From NCBI GenBank assembly GCA_965208105.1, contig OZ242318.1:3424001-3488000 (forward strand): a stretch of 64,000 nucleotides of DNA. Reading direction: 5' to 3'. Source of the DNA: Candidatus Latescibacterota bacterium. GTDB taxonomy: Bacteria; Latescibacterota; UBA2968; UBA8231. Shown piece after piece: positions 47,397 through 56,659 of the stretch. Under the pieces are notes generated by a model. The model saw only the letters and a list, made by a program, of their open reading frames with translations. It searched no databases and was not told the origin of the DNA. Positions within the stretch are counted from its first letter, which is position 1; each line of letters opens with the position of its first letter. The position numbers were made by a program, and so were the translations under genes.

Positions 47397-49168
47397 TTGA
47401 TCGGCAGGGTCATCGCGATGGTAGTGCCCTCGCCGGGAACGCTGCGGATGACGCTGATCCTTCCCTTGTGATACTCTTCCACGATGCGCTTGACGAAAGC
47501 CAGGCCCAGGCCCCAGCCGCGCTTCTTGGTGCTGAACCCGGGGTCGAATACGCGTTTGACGTGCTCGGGCTCAATGCCGCGTCCATTGTCGGCGAAGCGG
47601 ATCTCCACCGCCTCTCCGTCTGCCGTCAGGTCCAGATCGATCTCGATGGCTCCCGGCCTCGGGCCGAAGGCATCTATGGAATTCTTGAACAGGTTTTCGA
47701 ATGCCCAGCCCATGAGCTCGGCGTTGAGCGGAATCCCGGGTATCGGCCGGTTGCATTCCACCCTGATGTCGTGACGTCCGAATTGCGGACCGCGGCCCTG
47801 GAAGTAGGCTACGGTCTCGGCGAGGACGGTATGCAGGTCGCCGGTCTTGAGCTCGGGTACCGATCCCACCTGGCCGAAGCGGGAGGCGATCTGGTTGAGC
47901 CGCCGCATGTCCTTGCCCATCTCGTCCGCCATGTGGTCGATCTGGGCAAGGCTCTTCTTCAGGTCTTTCTCTCCGGACGCTGAAATTTCATGCGCCACCA
48001 GTTCGAGCCATCCCGACAGGGAGGACAGAGGTGTGCCCAGCTGGTGCGCCGTTTCCTTTGCCATGCCCACCCAGATCGAACGCTGCTCGCTGCGCTTTAT
48101 GTTGCGAAAGCCGATGTAGCCGACCACCAGAAAGAGTGTGAGAACGCCCATCTGAATGAAGGGCGCCAGAGAAACCCGGCTGATCAGGTCCGAGTCGCCA
48201 TAGTAGATGTAGCTGCGGGTGGCTGAGGGGACTTTGAAGGCCAGGGGGTGGAGCTGGCGACCCGGCTGGTAGAGGTCGGCGGCGACGATCTCCCGGGCGG
48301 CCGCGGTCGCGTCGCCTGGAGGAGGCCACCGGCTTCCGCTCCATGCCACAATTTCGCCGGTGGTGTCGGTGATGACGGCGCCCCCGCCGATTCGGTGCAG
48401 GTAGTTGGGCAGATCGGTCTGGACCGAAAAGGCGAGGGGGTGGAGCTGGCGATCGGGCTGGTAGAGGTCGGCGGCGACGACCTGTCGGGCGGCTGCGGTG
48501 GTGTCGCCTGGAGGAGGCCACTGGCTTCCGCTCCATGCCACGATTTCGCCGGCGGTGTCGGTGATGACGACGCCCCCGCCGATCTGGTGCAGGTATGCGA
48601 AGGACTTGGCCGAGAACTGCAGTGGAATGGGCGCGTTCCTGGCACCCATGCTCTCCAGGTGCACCCGCAGGCTCTGCATGGCCGCGGCCGAGGTGTCCCC
48701 GGGGTCGGGCAGCCCCTCGCCCTTCCACTGGGAGATTTCCCCCCGGTGGTCGGTGAAGATCATGGGGAAATCGGCCCTGGGATTGCGGATGACTTTCTGA
48801 AAGATGAATTCAATCTGTTCGGGGGTCGCCCAGGGCGAAGCGGCAAAGGCGTGGAGGTCCGCGTAAAGTTTTGCCCGCCCTCTCTCCTGCTCCCTGAAAT
48901 CCCTGATGATGGAATCGTTGTAGAAGAAGAACCCCAGGATGGCGAGGATGCTGCCTGCGAACAGGTAGGCATGGAAGGTGGGAGAGGGGCCCAGCGAGGA
49001 GACCGCCTCGAGAATCCACCGCTGCCACCGCGGCGGCCGGGACCTGCGGCGCGCGGACTGCTGCAAGGTGGACGGTGGTGCCTCGGCCGCGATTTCTTCC
49101 ACCGGTATCTGTTGCTGCCGTCGCCGGCGGCGCTTGGAGGCTGCCGGTGCGGGCCTGCGTTCGTTCAT
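47393..49168 (-). CDS. Membrane sensor histidine kinase with repeated periplasmic module
   Basis: Two transmembrane segments, WVGMAKETAHQLGTP H-box, ENLFKNSIDA, DNGRG, GFSTKKRGWGLGL. Confidence 0.92.
   Translation of the reverse strand: MNERRPAPAASKRRRRRQQQIPVEEIAAEAPPSTLQQSARRRSRPPRWQRWILEAVSSLGPSPTFHAYLFAGSILAILGFFFYNDSIIRDFREQERGRAKLYADLHAFAASPWATPEQIEFIFQKVIRNPRADFPMIFTDHRGEISQWKGEGLPDPGDTSAAAMQSLRVHLESMGARNAPIPLQFSAKSFAYLHQIGGGVVITDTAGEIVAWSGSQWPPPGDTTAAARQVVAADLYQPDRQLHPLAFSVQTDLPNYLHRIGGGAVITDTTGEIVAWSGSRWPPPGDATAAAREIVAADLYQPGRQLHPLAFKVPSATRSYIYYGDSDLISRVSLAPFIQMGVLTLFLVVGYIGFRNIKRSEQRSIWVGMAKETAHQLGTPLSSLSGWLELVAHEISASGEKDLKKSLAQIDHMADEMGKDMRRLNQIASRFGQVGSVPELKTGDLHTVLAETVAYFQGRGPQFGRHDIRVECNRPIPGIPLNAELMGWAFENLFKNSIDAFGPRPGAIEIDLDLTADGEAVEIRFADNGRGIEPEHVKRVFDPGFSTKKRGWGLGLAFVKRIVEEYHKGRISVIRSVPGEGTTIAMTLPIN
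48235..48600 (-). repeat. 192-bp (64-aa) tandem duplication inside the kinase sensor domain
   Basis: GAGCTGGCGA at 48251 and 48443; near-identical peptides YLH.IGGG.VITDT.GEIVAWSGS.WPPPGD.TAAAR..VAADLYQP.RQLHPLAF. Confidence 0.9.
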
Positions 49169-49409
49169 GGCTCAACCGGGATAAAGGGGGGCCGGGCTGG
49201 AAAGCGGCGGATTCGCTCCGCAATTTGCGCTGAATGTTTTGCTGGTCTCACCTGATTGCCGGACGTGAATTCATCCTCTGCGCCATGAAGCGGGAAACAA
49301 CATGCGCGGCGGCGCCTTTAAGTTTAAGTTAACACCAGGGTCTACATTCCGCTAAATATAACTCGATCTCACCCCATTGAGTTCCTTCGCTTCGCATGGA
49401 AAGCATGAG

Positions 49410-50345
49410 GTGCTGCCGAAAACTGACAGGATTCGATTCCTCGCCTGCCTGATGGCCCTTGGCCTCCCGGGGCCGGGGTCTGCCGCCGAAGGCCAACGGC
49501 AAGAGGAAGGGGTCAACCTGAAGCGCCTGGCGGTTGCCGGAGGGGGCGCCGCCACCTTGCGCTACCTGGGCTTCAGGTACATGGACCGCGCATGGTACCA
49601 GGGCGAGAGGACCGACCGCGTGCGCTGGATCAACGACTGGAGCGGTGAAACCTACCTGAATATGGACAAGGGCGGGCACTTCGTGGGGGGATTGGTCATG
49701 GCTCAGACCTTCGCCGAGGCCTATGCCTGGTGCGGGTTGGGAGAACGGTCGGCCGCCCTTCTGGGCACCCTCAGCGGCTGGGCCGCCCTTCTCGAGATCG
49801 AGATGCGCGACGCCCGCTTCGACCAGTGGGGATTCAGCATTCCGGACTTTCTCGCCAACAGTGCCGGCGCCGGCGTGCCTCTGGTCCACAGCTTCTTTCC
49901 GGTGACCCGGAATCTCCGTTTCAAGTTCAGCTACTACCCTTCGGCACTCTATCTCGACCGCGATGACCGCCGCGCCGGCGGCCGGCCCCACATCGACAAC
50001 CTGATCGATGACTACGAGGGCATGACCTTCTGGACGACGCTGTCGCTGGACCAGGTATTGAGGGGCAGGGCGAGGGCCATTTGGCCCGACTTTCTGGGCA
50101 TTGGCCTGGGATACGGGGTGTCAGGCCTGCACGGCAGCAACGTCAAGAGCAAAGGCCCGAACAAATACTATGGAGACCTTCCCGCCGCACGTCCTGAAAT
50201 CATCCTGGCGCTGGACTACGACCTCCGCTTTCTTCCAGGAAGGGGAAGGATGTGGAACCATCTCAAGACCCAGCTGAACTGGATCCACTTCCCGGCTCCG
50301 GCCTTGCGCATCTACCCCAAGTGGCGCATATACCTGTTGTATTGA
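49410..50345 (+). CDS. DUF2279/YfiM-like exported protein
   Basis: MDKGGH, IE.RD...WGFS..DF.AN..G, DDYEG.TFW. Confidence 0.75.
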   Translation: MLPKTDRIRFLACLMALGLPGPGSAAEGQRQEEGVNLKRLAVAGGGAATLRYLGFRYMDRAWYQGERTDRVRWINDWSGETYLNMDKGGHFVGGLVMAQTFAEAYAWCGLGERSAALLGTLSGWAALLEIEMRDARFDQWGFSIPDFLANSAGAGVPLVHSFFPVTRNLRFKFSYYPSALYLDRDDRRAGGRPHIDNLIDDYEGMTFWTTLSLDQVLRGRARAIWPDFLGIGLGYGVSGLHGSNVKSKGPNKYYGDLPAARPEIILALDYDLRFLPGRGRMWNHLKTQLNWIHFPAPALRIYPKWRIYLLY

Positions 50346-50479
50346 GAGTTTCTGAATTTGTTTCGAGGCCGGCCGGCGATGAATGATTGGCCGCTGCTCG
50401 AAAGAAATGAACCCGGTTGCAGAGAATCTGACGCAGCGGATGGAGAGGAAGGATTTCGGGATATGGGGAAGGAGGAGCC

Positions 50480-50941
50480 CTATCTTTCCGCAGCCTGTGA
50501 GTCCCCGTCGGCGGATCCGAGAGCAGCTCCGGACTGGGACTTCGCCACGGAAGGGGAGATGGAGAGAGGCTGGCTCTCTTCTTCGCCGGCTTCCATGGAA
50601 CAATTCCCGTGGAATACCGCGCCCTCGGAGATCGAAAGGGATGAAGAGAAGATATCGCCGATGAATCGGGCCTGGCTGTCAAGGTGAACCTTCTCGGCGC
50701 GCAGGGTGCCGTGAACGACTCCGTTGACGTAGATTTCCTTGCCGCCGATTTTGGCGTGAACCTCGCCGGTCTGGCTGATGGTCAGCGCGCCGGAACAATT
50801 GAGCTCGCCTTTGAAAACGCCGTCGATGCGGACGCTGTTCTCCACCTCCACCCTGCCCTCGAAACTTGTGCCGCGCCCGATGATTGTATTCAAGGCCTGG
50901 CTGCCGCCGCCCGCGAGGCCATTCTCTTTTTTCTTCAGCAT
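50480..50941 (-). CDS. Bactofilin (polymer-forming cytoskeletal protein)
   Basis: NTIIG.GT.F.G, RIDG...G, I..GA.F.GNC.M. Confidence 0.9.
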   Translation of the reverse strand: MLKKKENGLAGGGSQALNTIIGRGTSFEGRVEVENSVRIDGVFKGELNCSGALTISQTGEVHAKIGGKEIYVNGVVHGTLRAEKVHLDSQARFIGDIFSSSLSISEGAVFHGNCSMEAGEEESQPLSISPSVAKSQSGAALGSADGDSQAAER

Positions 50942-51037
50942 GAAAACTCTCCTCGGCATCTTCAATCTCCTACCGACGCGATTCAGCTTCGAGCCGTCAA
51001 TATAATGTTTCCTGGACCGGGATGCAATTCAGGAGGG

Positions 51038-51360
51038 TCAGGCCTTCTTCTTTTTCTTTTTCTTCCCTGTGCCGCTGCTCAGCGCCTTTTGCATCTCGCC
51101 TTGCTCTTGCAGGCTCTCGGCGACCACCATGACCGCGGCACTGGTCACTTCCTCGGCCGTACTGGCTTCGATGACCGGAGTGTCGGGGGCCTGTGCCGCG
51201 TAGGATGAATCGTGTATGGAGGGCATCAAGTCAGGCGCCAGCATCAGGCGCATGATCTGGCGGATATCGTCGGTAGCGACCACTCTCGGGATGTCGAGAA
51301 CGCTGGCCAGGTTGATTGCCAGAGAGGTTTTGCCAACCCCGCTGGCGCCGCCGAATGATT
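51038..51360 (-). pseudogene. 2-phosphoglycerate kinase-like remnant
   Basis: GGASGVGKT..A..LA..L.I..V..TD.IRQ.MR...P.IH.SSY.A is fused directly to a C-terminal-like segment; no credible start. Confidence 0.6.
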
Positions 51361-51380
51361 GGAAGGAGCGACAAAATAGA

Positions 51381-51409
51381 TTGACAATTTTCACTCTTGC
51401 AGCTAACTT
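51381..51409 (+). promoter_or_regulatory. sigma70-type promoter for transaldolase
   Basis: TTGACA-17 nt-TAACTT. Confidence 0.5.
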
Positions 51410-51564
51410 GGAAGATCACTGTTCGAGACGGTGTGGGGGGCTATGGATCGAATCGCCGTAGCCCTGTTTTTCATTGCTCGGGGCCGGCGAAGCCGCGATG
51501 GTCGAATGGAGCCGGTTCTGAGCTTTGCCTTTTTGGGCTCTTTCCCACAAAGGAGTTTGACTCG

Positions 51565-52707
51565 ATGTCCAATCCCCTCGTAGAACTGCAGCGGTGCGGT
51601 CAGAGCGTCTGGTTCGACACTATCAGCCGCCGCCTAATCACCTCCGGCGGATTGCAGCGGCTGATCGAAGAGGACGGCCTGCGCGGCATGACCTCCAATC
51701 CGGCGATATTCGAGAAAGCCATTTCCGGCAGCTCCGACTATGCCGGAGCGCTGCGGGCCCATTCCGCGGCCGGCCGCAGCGCCCAGGAGATCTATGAAGC
51801 CATCGCCATAGAGGACATTCAGTGGGCCGCGGATTTGTTGTGGCCGGTGTACCGGGAAACCGCCGGCCGCGACGGGTTCATCTCGTTGGAGGTCTCGCCC
51901 CATCTGGCCGGGGATACGGAGGGGACCATCGCGGAGGCGCTGCGCCTGGCGGCCGCCGTGGGCCGCCGAAACCTGATGATCAAGGTGCCGGGGACCGAGG
52001 CCGGAATTCCCGCCGTCGAGCATCTCATCGGCGAGGGCCTCAACATCAACATCACTCTTCTCTTCGCCCGGGAAAACTACCTCCAGGTGGCCGAGGCCTA
52101 CCTGAACGGCTTGGAGAAGCTCGCAGCCAAGGGGGGCCGGGTCTCCGATGCGGCCAGCGTGGCCAGTTTTTTCGTCAGCCGCATAGATACCATGGTCGAC
52201 GAGTTGATCGATTCCCGCCTGCGGGAGACGGAGAAGGCCAGTGAACGCCTTGCCCTCGAGGCACTGAGGGGCCGGGTGGCGGTGTCCAATGCCAAGTTGA
52301 CCTACGCCAGCTACAAGGAAATCTGCGCCGGCGAGAGGTGGCAGCGGCTGGCGCAGCAAGGCGCGCGGACCCAGCGTCTGCTATGGGCGAGCACCAGCGT
52401 CAAAAATCCGAGCTACAGGGACGTACTCTACGTCGAGGAGCTGATCGGGGCCGACACGGTGAACACCATGCCGGAGGTTACCCTCGATGCCTTTCGCGAC
52501 CACGGCGAGGTGCGGCCCACCCTCGAAGAAGACCTGGATAATGCCCGCGACGCAATGGCGGGGCTGGAGGAATTGGGCATTTCCATGCGCCAGGTTACCG
52601 ATCAGCTGCAGGTGGACGCGGTGGATCTCTTCGTCAAACCTTTCGACCAGCTTCTGGGGGCGATCGAAGCGCAGTGCGAAGCTACGCCCAGGCGCGCGTA
52701 TGCCTGA
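51565..52707 (+). CDS. tal: Transaldolase (large actinobacterial/cyanobacterial type)
   Basis: GQSVW.D, TSNPAIF, SLEVSP, MIKVP, NITLLF, SFFVSRID, LWASTS.K, NTMP; SD AAGGAG. Confidence 0.93.
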   Translation: MSNPLVELQRCGQSVWFDTISRRLITSGGLQRLIEEDGLRGMTSNPAIFEKAISGSSDYAGALRAHSAAGRSAQEIYEAIAIEDIQWAADLLWPVYRETAGRDGFISLEVSPHLAGDTEGTIAEALRLAAAVGRRNLMIKVPGTEAGIPAVEHLIGEGLNINITLLFARENYLQVAEAYLNGLEKLAAKGGRVSDAASVASFFVSRIDTMVDELIDSRLRETEKASERLALEALRGRVAVSNAKLTYASYKEICAGERWQRLAQQGARTQRLLWASTSVKNPSYRDVLYVEELIGADTVNTMPEVTLDAFRDHGEVRPTLEEDLDNARDAMAGLEELGISMRQVTDQLQVDAVDLFVKPFDQLLGAIEAQCEATPRRAYA

Positions 52708-52868
52708 GGAGAGTTGCGTCCGGAACGGAGAAGCGGGCGGGCAAACGATGGAGACCTCCATGCCGCTGATGGAAGCGGCGGCTGCGGATCCCTGCCGGCG
52801 GCGCCTGCCTCGGAGAACCGCAGATGCCGGTGCCATCTGCGCTCGCCGCGGGGGGAAGGGAGACTAGG

Positions 52869-53426
52869 ATGCCCGATCCTTCCGAGCGCGCCGCCAGGAT
52901 AAAATTGCTGCTGATGGACGTGGACGGAGTGTGGACCGACGGCAAGCTGTTCTACGTTCCCGGCGCCGACGGCGGTATGGTGGAGTCCAAGGCCTTTGAC
53001 ACCCAGGACGGCATGAGCCTGCGCTGGGCCCACGCCGCCGGCCTCGAAACCGGGTTGATCAGCGGCCGCGCCTCGCCCGGGGTGACCCACCGGGCGGAGA
53101 TGCTGGGGGTGACCTACATCTACCAGGAGCATCTCGAGAAGATTCCGCCCTACGAGGAGATCTGCGCCAGGGCCGGCGTCGCCGACGAGGAGGTGGCCTA
53201 CATGGGCGACGACCTCCCCGACATGCCGCTGTTGCGCCGGGTGGGACTGGCGGTGGCGGTGGCCAATGCACGGCCGGAGGTCAGGGCCCGGGTTCACTAC
53301 AGGACCTCCGCTCCGGGGGGCGGCGGCGCCATTCGCGAGGTGGTCGAGCTGATCATGAGAGCACAGGGGACCTGGCCGCAGGTCCTGGAGAAGTACGGGA
53401 TCGGCGCAACGGCTGTTGAGGGGTGA
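52869..53426 (+). CDS. kdsC: KdsC / HAD phosphatase (KDO-8-phosphate phosphatase)
   Basis: MDVDGVWTDG, K.FDTQDG, ISGR, MGDDLPD, GG.GAIRE. Confidence 0.88.
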   Translation: MPDPSERAARIKLLLMDVDGVWTDGKLFYVPGADGGMVESKAFDTQDGMSLRWAHAAGLETGLISGRASPGVTHRAEMLGVTYIYQEHLEKIPPYEEICARAGVADEEVAYMGDDLPDMPLLRRVGLAVAVANARPEVRARVHYRTSAPGGGGAIREVVELIMRAQGTWPQVLEKYGIGATAVEG

Positions 53427-53965
53427 TGATGAATCTGGTGAAGACCACCCTGGGGGCGGGTTGTTTCTGGTGCGTCGAGGCTGTTTTCCAATCCCTGAAA
53501 GGGGTATGCCGCGCCGAGTCCGGTTATGCCGGCGGCAAGGTCCACCGCCCTTCCTACCAGCAGGTCTGCAGCGGGACCACCGGCCACGCCGAAGTGGTCC
53601 AGGTCACCTTCGACCCGGGCGTCATTCCATTCTCCGAACTGCTCCAGGTATTCTGGCGTACCCACGATCCCACCACCCTGAACCGCCAGGGCGCCGACGT
53701 CGGCAGCCAGTACCGCTCCGCCATCTTCCACCACGGCGACGAGCAGAAGGTCACCGCCGAGAAGTCACGGGAGGAAACGGACGCTTCCGGGCTCTGGCCC
53801 GATCCCATAGTCACCGAAATCACCCCCTTCACCAACTTCTACGCAGCGGAGGAGTACCACCAGAAGTTCTATCTGCTCAATCCCGACCAGCCTTATTGCC
53901 GCGTGGTCATCGATCCCAAGATGCGCAAATTCAAGGAGCAATTCCGGTCCATTCTCGACCCTTGA
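53426..53965 (+). CDS. msrA: Peptide methionine sulfoxide reductase A
   Basis: GCFWC, SGY.GG, TGHAE, HDPT..NRQG.D.G.QYRS, AEEYHQ. Confidence 0.96.
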   Translation: MMNLVKTTLGAGCFWCVEAVFQSLKGVCRAESGYAGGKVHRPSYQQVCSGTTGHAEVVQVTFDPGVIPFSELLQVFWRTHDPTTLNRQGADVGSQYRSAIFHHGDEQKVTAEKSREETDASGLWPDPIVTEITPFTNFYAAEEYHQKFYLLNPDQPYCRVVIDPKMRKFKEQFRSILDP

Positions 53966-54021
53966 GGGCGGAGGCCCGATCGCCGCGGCGAGGGCGCACG
54001 GCTCCGTGAAAAGAAGGTAGT

Positions 54022-54825
54022 ATGAGCACACCGTCCGATGCAGACATCAGGGAGCGCTATGGCCGCCAGGGATATTTCATCTTCCAGCGGCCCGTTCTCG
54101 ATCCCGGCCTGACGCGCCGCGCCAGCATGGGCATGGATATGATCAGGCGGGGAGAATACGACCTGGACGACCTGGAGCCGAGAAAGTCGGTGTGGAATCC
54201 GGGAGACGACCCCAACGTTCTCTGCAAGATCGAGCAGCCGCAATTCATCAACCGGGCGATCCGCGAGGTGGCGGCTTCGCCGGTCATCGGCAGGCTGGCG
54301 GCGGCGGCAACGGGTGCGAAAATGATTCAGACCTGGTGGATCCAGCTGTTGTACAAGCCACCGACCCCAGGCGACGAAACCTCGCCCACCCGGGTGGGCT
54401 GGCACCAGGACTGGAACTACTGGAGACCGGCGTGGGAGGAAGGCAGTGAGTTGTTGACCGCCTGGGTCGCGTTGAGCGATGTGGGCAAGGACTCGGGGCC
54501 CATGAAGTTCGTCAGCGGCAGTCACCGCTGGGGCTACGTGGAAGGCAGCGATTTTTTCAGCCAGGGAGGGACCCGCCAAAATATCCAGGTTCCCCCGGGA
54601 GAGCATTGGAAGGAAGCCGACGCCCTGATGGAAGCCGGGGGCTTCAGTCTGCACGACCGCCTGGTCCTTCACGGCAGCGACCGCAACCGGGAGGATGGGC
54701 CGCGGCGCAGCCTGGCGATCCACCTGCGCACGGAGAACAGCCAACCGGCGGGCGGCAAGCGCGAGGGTCTCACGACCTACCTCGACAATCCCAGCGTAAG
54801 CCCGGTGATATTCGGGGGGAATTGA
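54022..54825 (+). CDS. PhyH-family dioxygenase
   Basis: GWHQD, TAWVAL.D, GPMKFV.GSH, LHGS..N...PRR. Confidence 0.88.
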   Translation: MSTPSDADIRERYGRQGYFIFQRPVLDPGLTRRASMGMDMIRRGEYDLDDLEPRKSVWNPGDDPNVLCKIEQPQFINRAIREVAASPVIGRLAAAATGAKMIQTWWIQLLYKPPTPGDETSPTRVGWHQDWNYWRPAWEEGSELLTAWVALSDVGKDSGPMKFVSGSHRWGYVEGSDFFSQGGTRQNIQVPPGEHWKEADALMEAGGFSLHDRLVLHGSDRNREDGPRRSLAIHLRTENSQPAGGKREGLTTYLDNPSVSPVIFGGN

Positions 54826-54833
54826 GTGATCCC

Positions 54834-55610
54834 ATGATCCTGCGACAACGCGGCGGCGCGGCCCAAGCCGGAGGCTCTTGCCGGACCGGGGAGCGCGTGG
54901 TCGACCTGGATCCGCAGAAAACCGCGGTGATCATCTGCGACATGTGGAACGAGCACTGGTGCGTGGGAGCGACCAGGCGGGTGGCGGAGATGGCCCCGAG
55001 AATGAACGCGGTGGTGAAGGAGCTGCGCGGAAAAGGCGCGCTGATCATTCACGCCCCCAGCGGCACCATGAACCACTACGCCGGCACTCCGCAGCGCAAG
55101 CTGGCCCTGGAGGCGGAACCGACAGAGACTCCGGTGCCATTGAGGGAGTCGTGCCCCCTCGACGAGAGCCGCGAGGGAGCGCTCCCCGTGGACGACTCGG
55201 ACGGAGGCTGCGACTGCAGCGTCACCTGCTCCCAGAGCAAGCCCTGGTCCAGGCAGATCGACGCCATCGAGATCGAGGCCGGGGATGCCGTCGCCTACGG
55301 CCTGGAGGCCCTCTACCTGATGCAGCGCCGCGGCCGCGGCAACGCCATCATCATGGGGGTGGCCGCGAACATGTGCGTCCTGGGGAGGCCCTTCGGAATC
55401 CGCCAGCTGGTCTACCAGGGGAAGAACACACTGCTGGTGCGGGACATGACCGAGGTCATGTACAACTCGCGCATGGAACCCCGGGTAAACCATTTCCGCG
55501 GCCTCGACCTGGTGATCGAGCACATCGAGAGGTTCTGGTGCCCGACCATCACCAGCGATCAGATAATCGGCGGCGAGCCTTTTCGCTTCAGGGAGGACGA
55601 GGGCGACTGA
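54834..55610 (+). CDS. Isochorismatase-family cysteine hydrolase
   Basis: KTAVIICDMW, IIHAPS, GVAANMCV. Confidence 0.8.
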   Translation: MILRQRGGAAQAGGSCRTGERVVDLDPQKTAVIICDMWNEHWCVGATRRVAEMAPRMNAVVKELRGKGALIIHAPSGTMNHYAGTPQRKLALEAEPTETPVPLRESCPLDESREGALPVDDSDGGCDCSVTCSQSKPWSRQIDAIEIEAGDAVAYGLEALYLMQRRGRGNAIIMGVAANMCVLGRPFGIRQLVYQGKNTLLVRDMTEVMYNSRMEPRVNHFRGLDLVIEHIERFWCPTITSDQIIGGEPFRFREDEGD

Positions 55611-55635
55611 GCTCTCGCTTCCCGGAGGAACAAGC

Positions 55636-56646
55636 ATGTCCCACTACGTCTATGTCGCCAGCTCCGAGGACGACAGAATCGCGGTCTTCACCATGGACCC
55701 GGAAACGGGCCGGCTGGACCTGCGCGAGGAGGTGGAACTCGGCGGCGGTCCGGCGCCCCTGGCCACCGACCCCGGGCGCAGGCATCTCTATGCAGGGCGA
55801 CGCTCCTCGTTCCAGGTGTCGAGCTTCAGCATGGACCAGGACACGGGGCGGCTGACCCACGTGGGCGCCGTCTCCCTGCCGTCGGATCCCTGCTTCATCG
55901 CAACCGACCGCAGGGGCCGCTTCCTGCTTTCCTCCTACTACAATGCCGGAGTGGCGGCGGTGCATCCCATCGGCCCCGACGGGGCGGTGGCAGCGGCCCC
56001 CGTCGAGTGGATATCCACCGCCCCCAAGGCCCATTCCATCCAGACGGACCGGTCCAACAGGTACGCCTTCGTTCCTCACGTCGGAGAGGCCAACGCCATC
56101 TTCCAGTTCGCCTTCGACGAAGACACGGGGGCCCTCGAACCCACCGCCGCCCCCAGGACCATCGCGGGCGAAGGCCAGGGTCCGCGCCATTTCTGTTTTC
56201 ATCCCCACCGGGACATCGTCTATTTCTCCAACGAGCAGGGCTGCAGCGTGACCGCCTATCAGCTGGACCCGGAGTCCGGCTCCCTCGCCGCCTTCCAGAC
56301 CGTCTCCACCTTGCCGCCGGACTTCCGCGGATCCAACTCCTGCTCTCAGATCCAGATCGATCCATCCGGCAGTTTCCTCTTCGCCCCCAACCGCGGCCAC
56401 GACAGCATCGCCTGTTTCGCCGTGGACGCCGGGGGCGGCCTGACCGCGGCAGGGCGGCAACCCGTCCAGGGAACGCCGAGGGCATTCAGCCTCGATCCCG
56501 GGGGGAACTTCCTCTTCGCCGCCGGCCTCGGCGCCGACAAGCTGTCCTCCTTCCGCGTCGACGGCGGCACCGGCGCACTGGAGCCGCTGCAGGTCCTGGA
56601 GGTCGGCAGAGGGCCCATGTGGGTGCTCGCCGCCAGGTTGGGGTGA
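55636..56646 (+). CDS. Pgl/YbhE-family lactonase (7-bladed propeller)
   Basis: AHSI, GPRH..FHP, NRGHDSIA, PR.F..DP.G. Confidence 0.9.
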   Translation: MSHYVYVASSEDDRIAVFTMDPETGRLDLREEVELGGGPAPLATDPGRRHLYAGRRSSFQVSSFSMDQDTGRLTHVGAVSLPSDPCFIATDRRGRFLLSSYYNAGVAAVHPIGPDGAVAAAPVEWISTAPKAHSIQTDRSNRYAFVPHVGEANAIFQFAFDEDTGALEPTAAPRTIAGEGQGPRHFCFHPHRDIVYFSNEQGCSVTAYQLDPESGSLAAFQTVSTLPPDFRGSNSCSQIQIDPSGSFLFAPNRGHDSIACFAVDAGGGLTAAGRQPVQGTPRAFSLDPGGNFLFAAGLGADKLSSFRVDGGTGALEPLQVLEVGRGPMWVLAARLG

Positions 56647-56659
56647 AGCGGGAGAGAGC

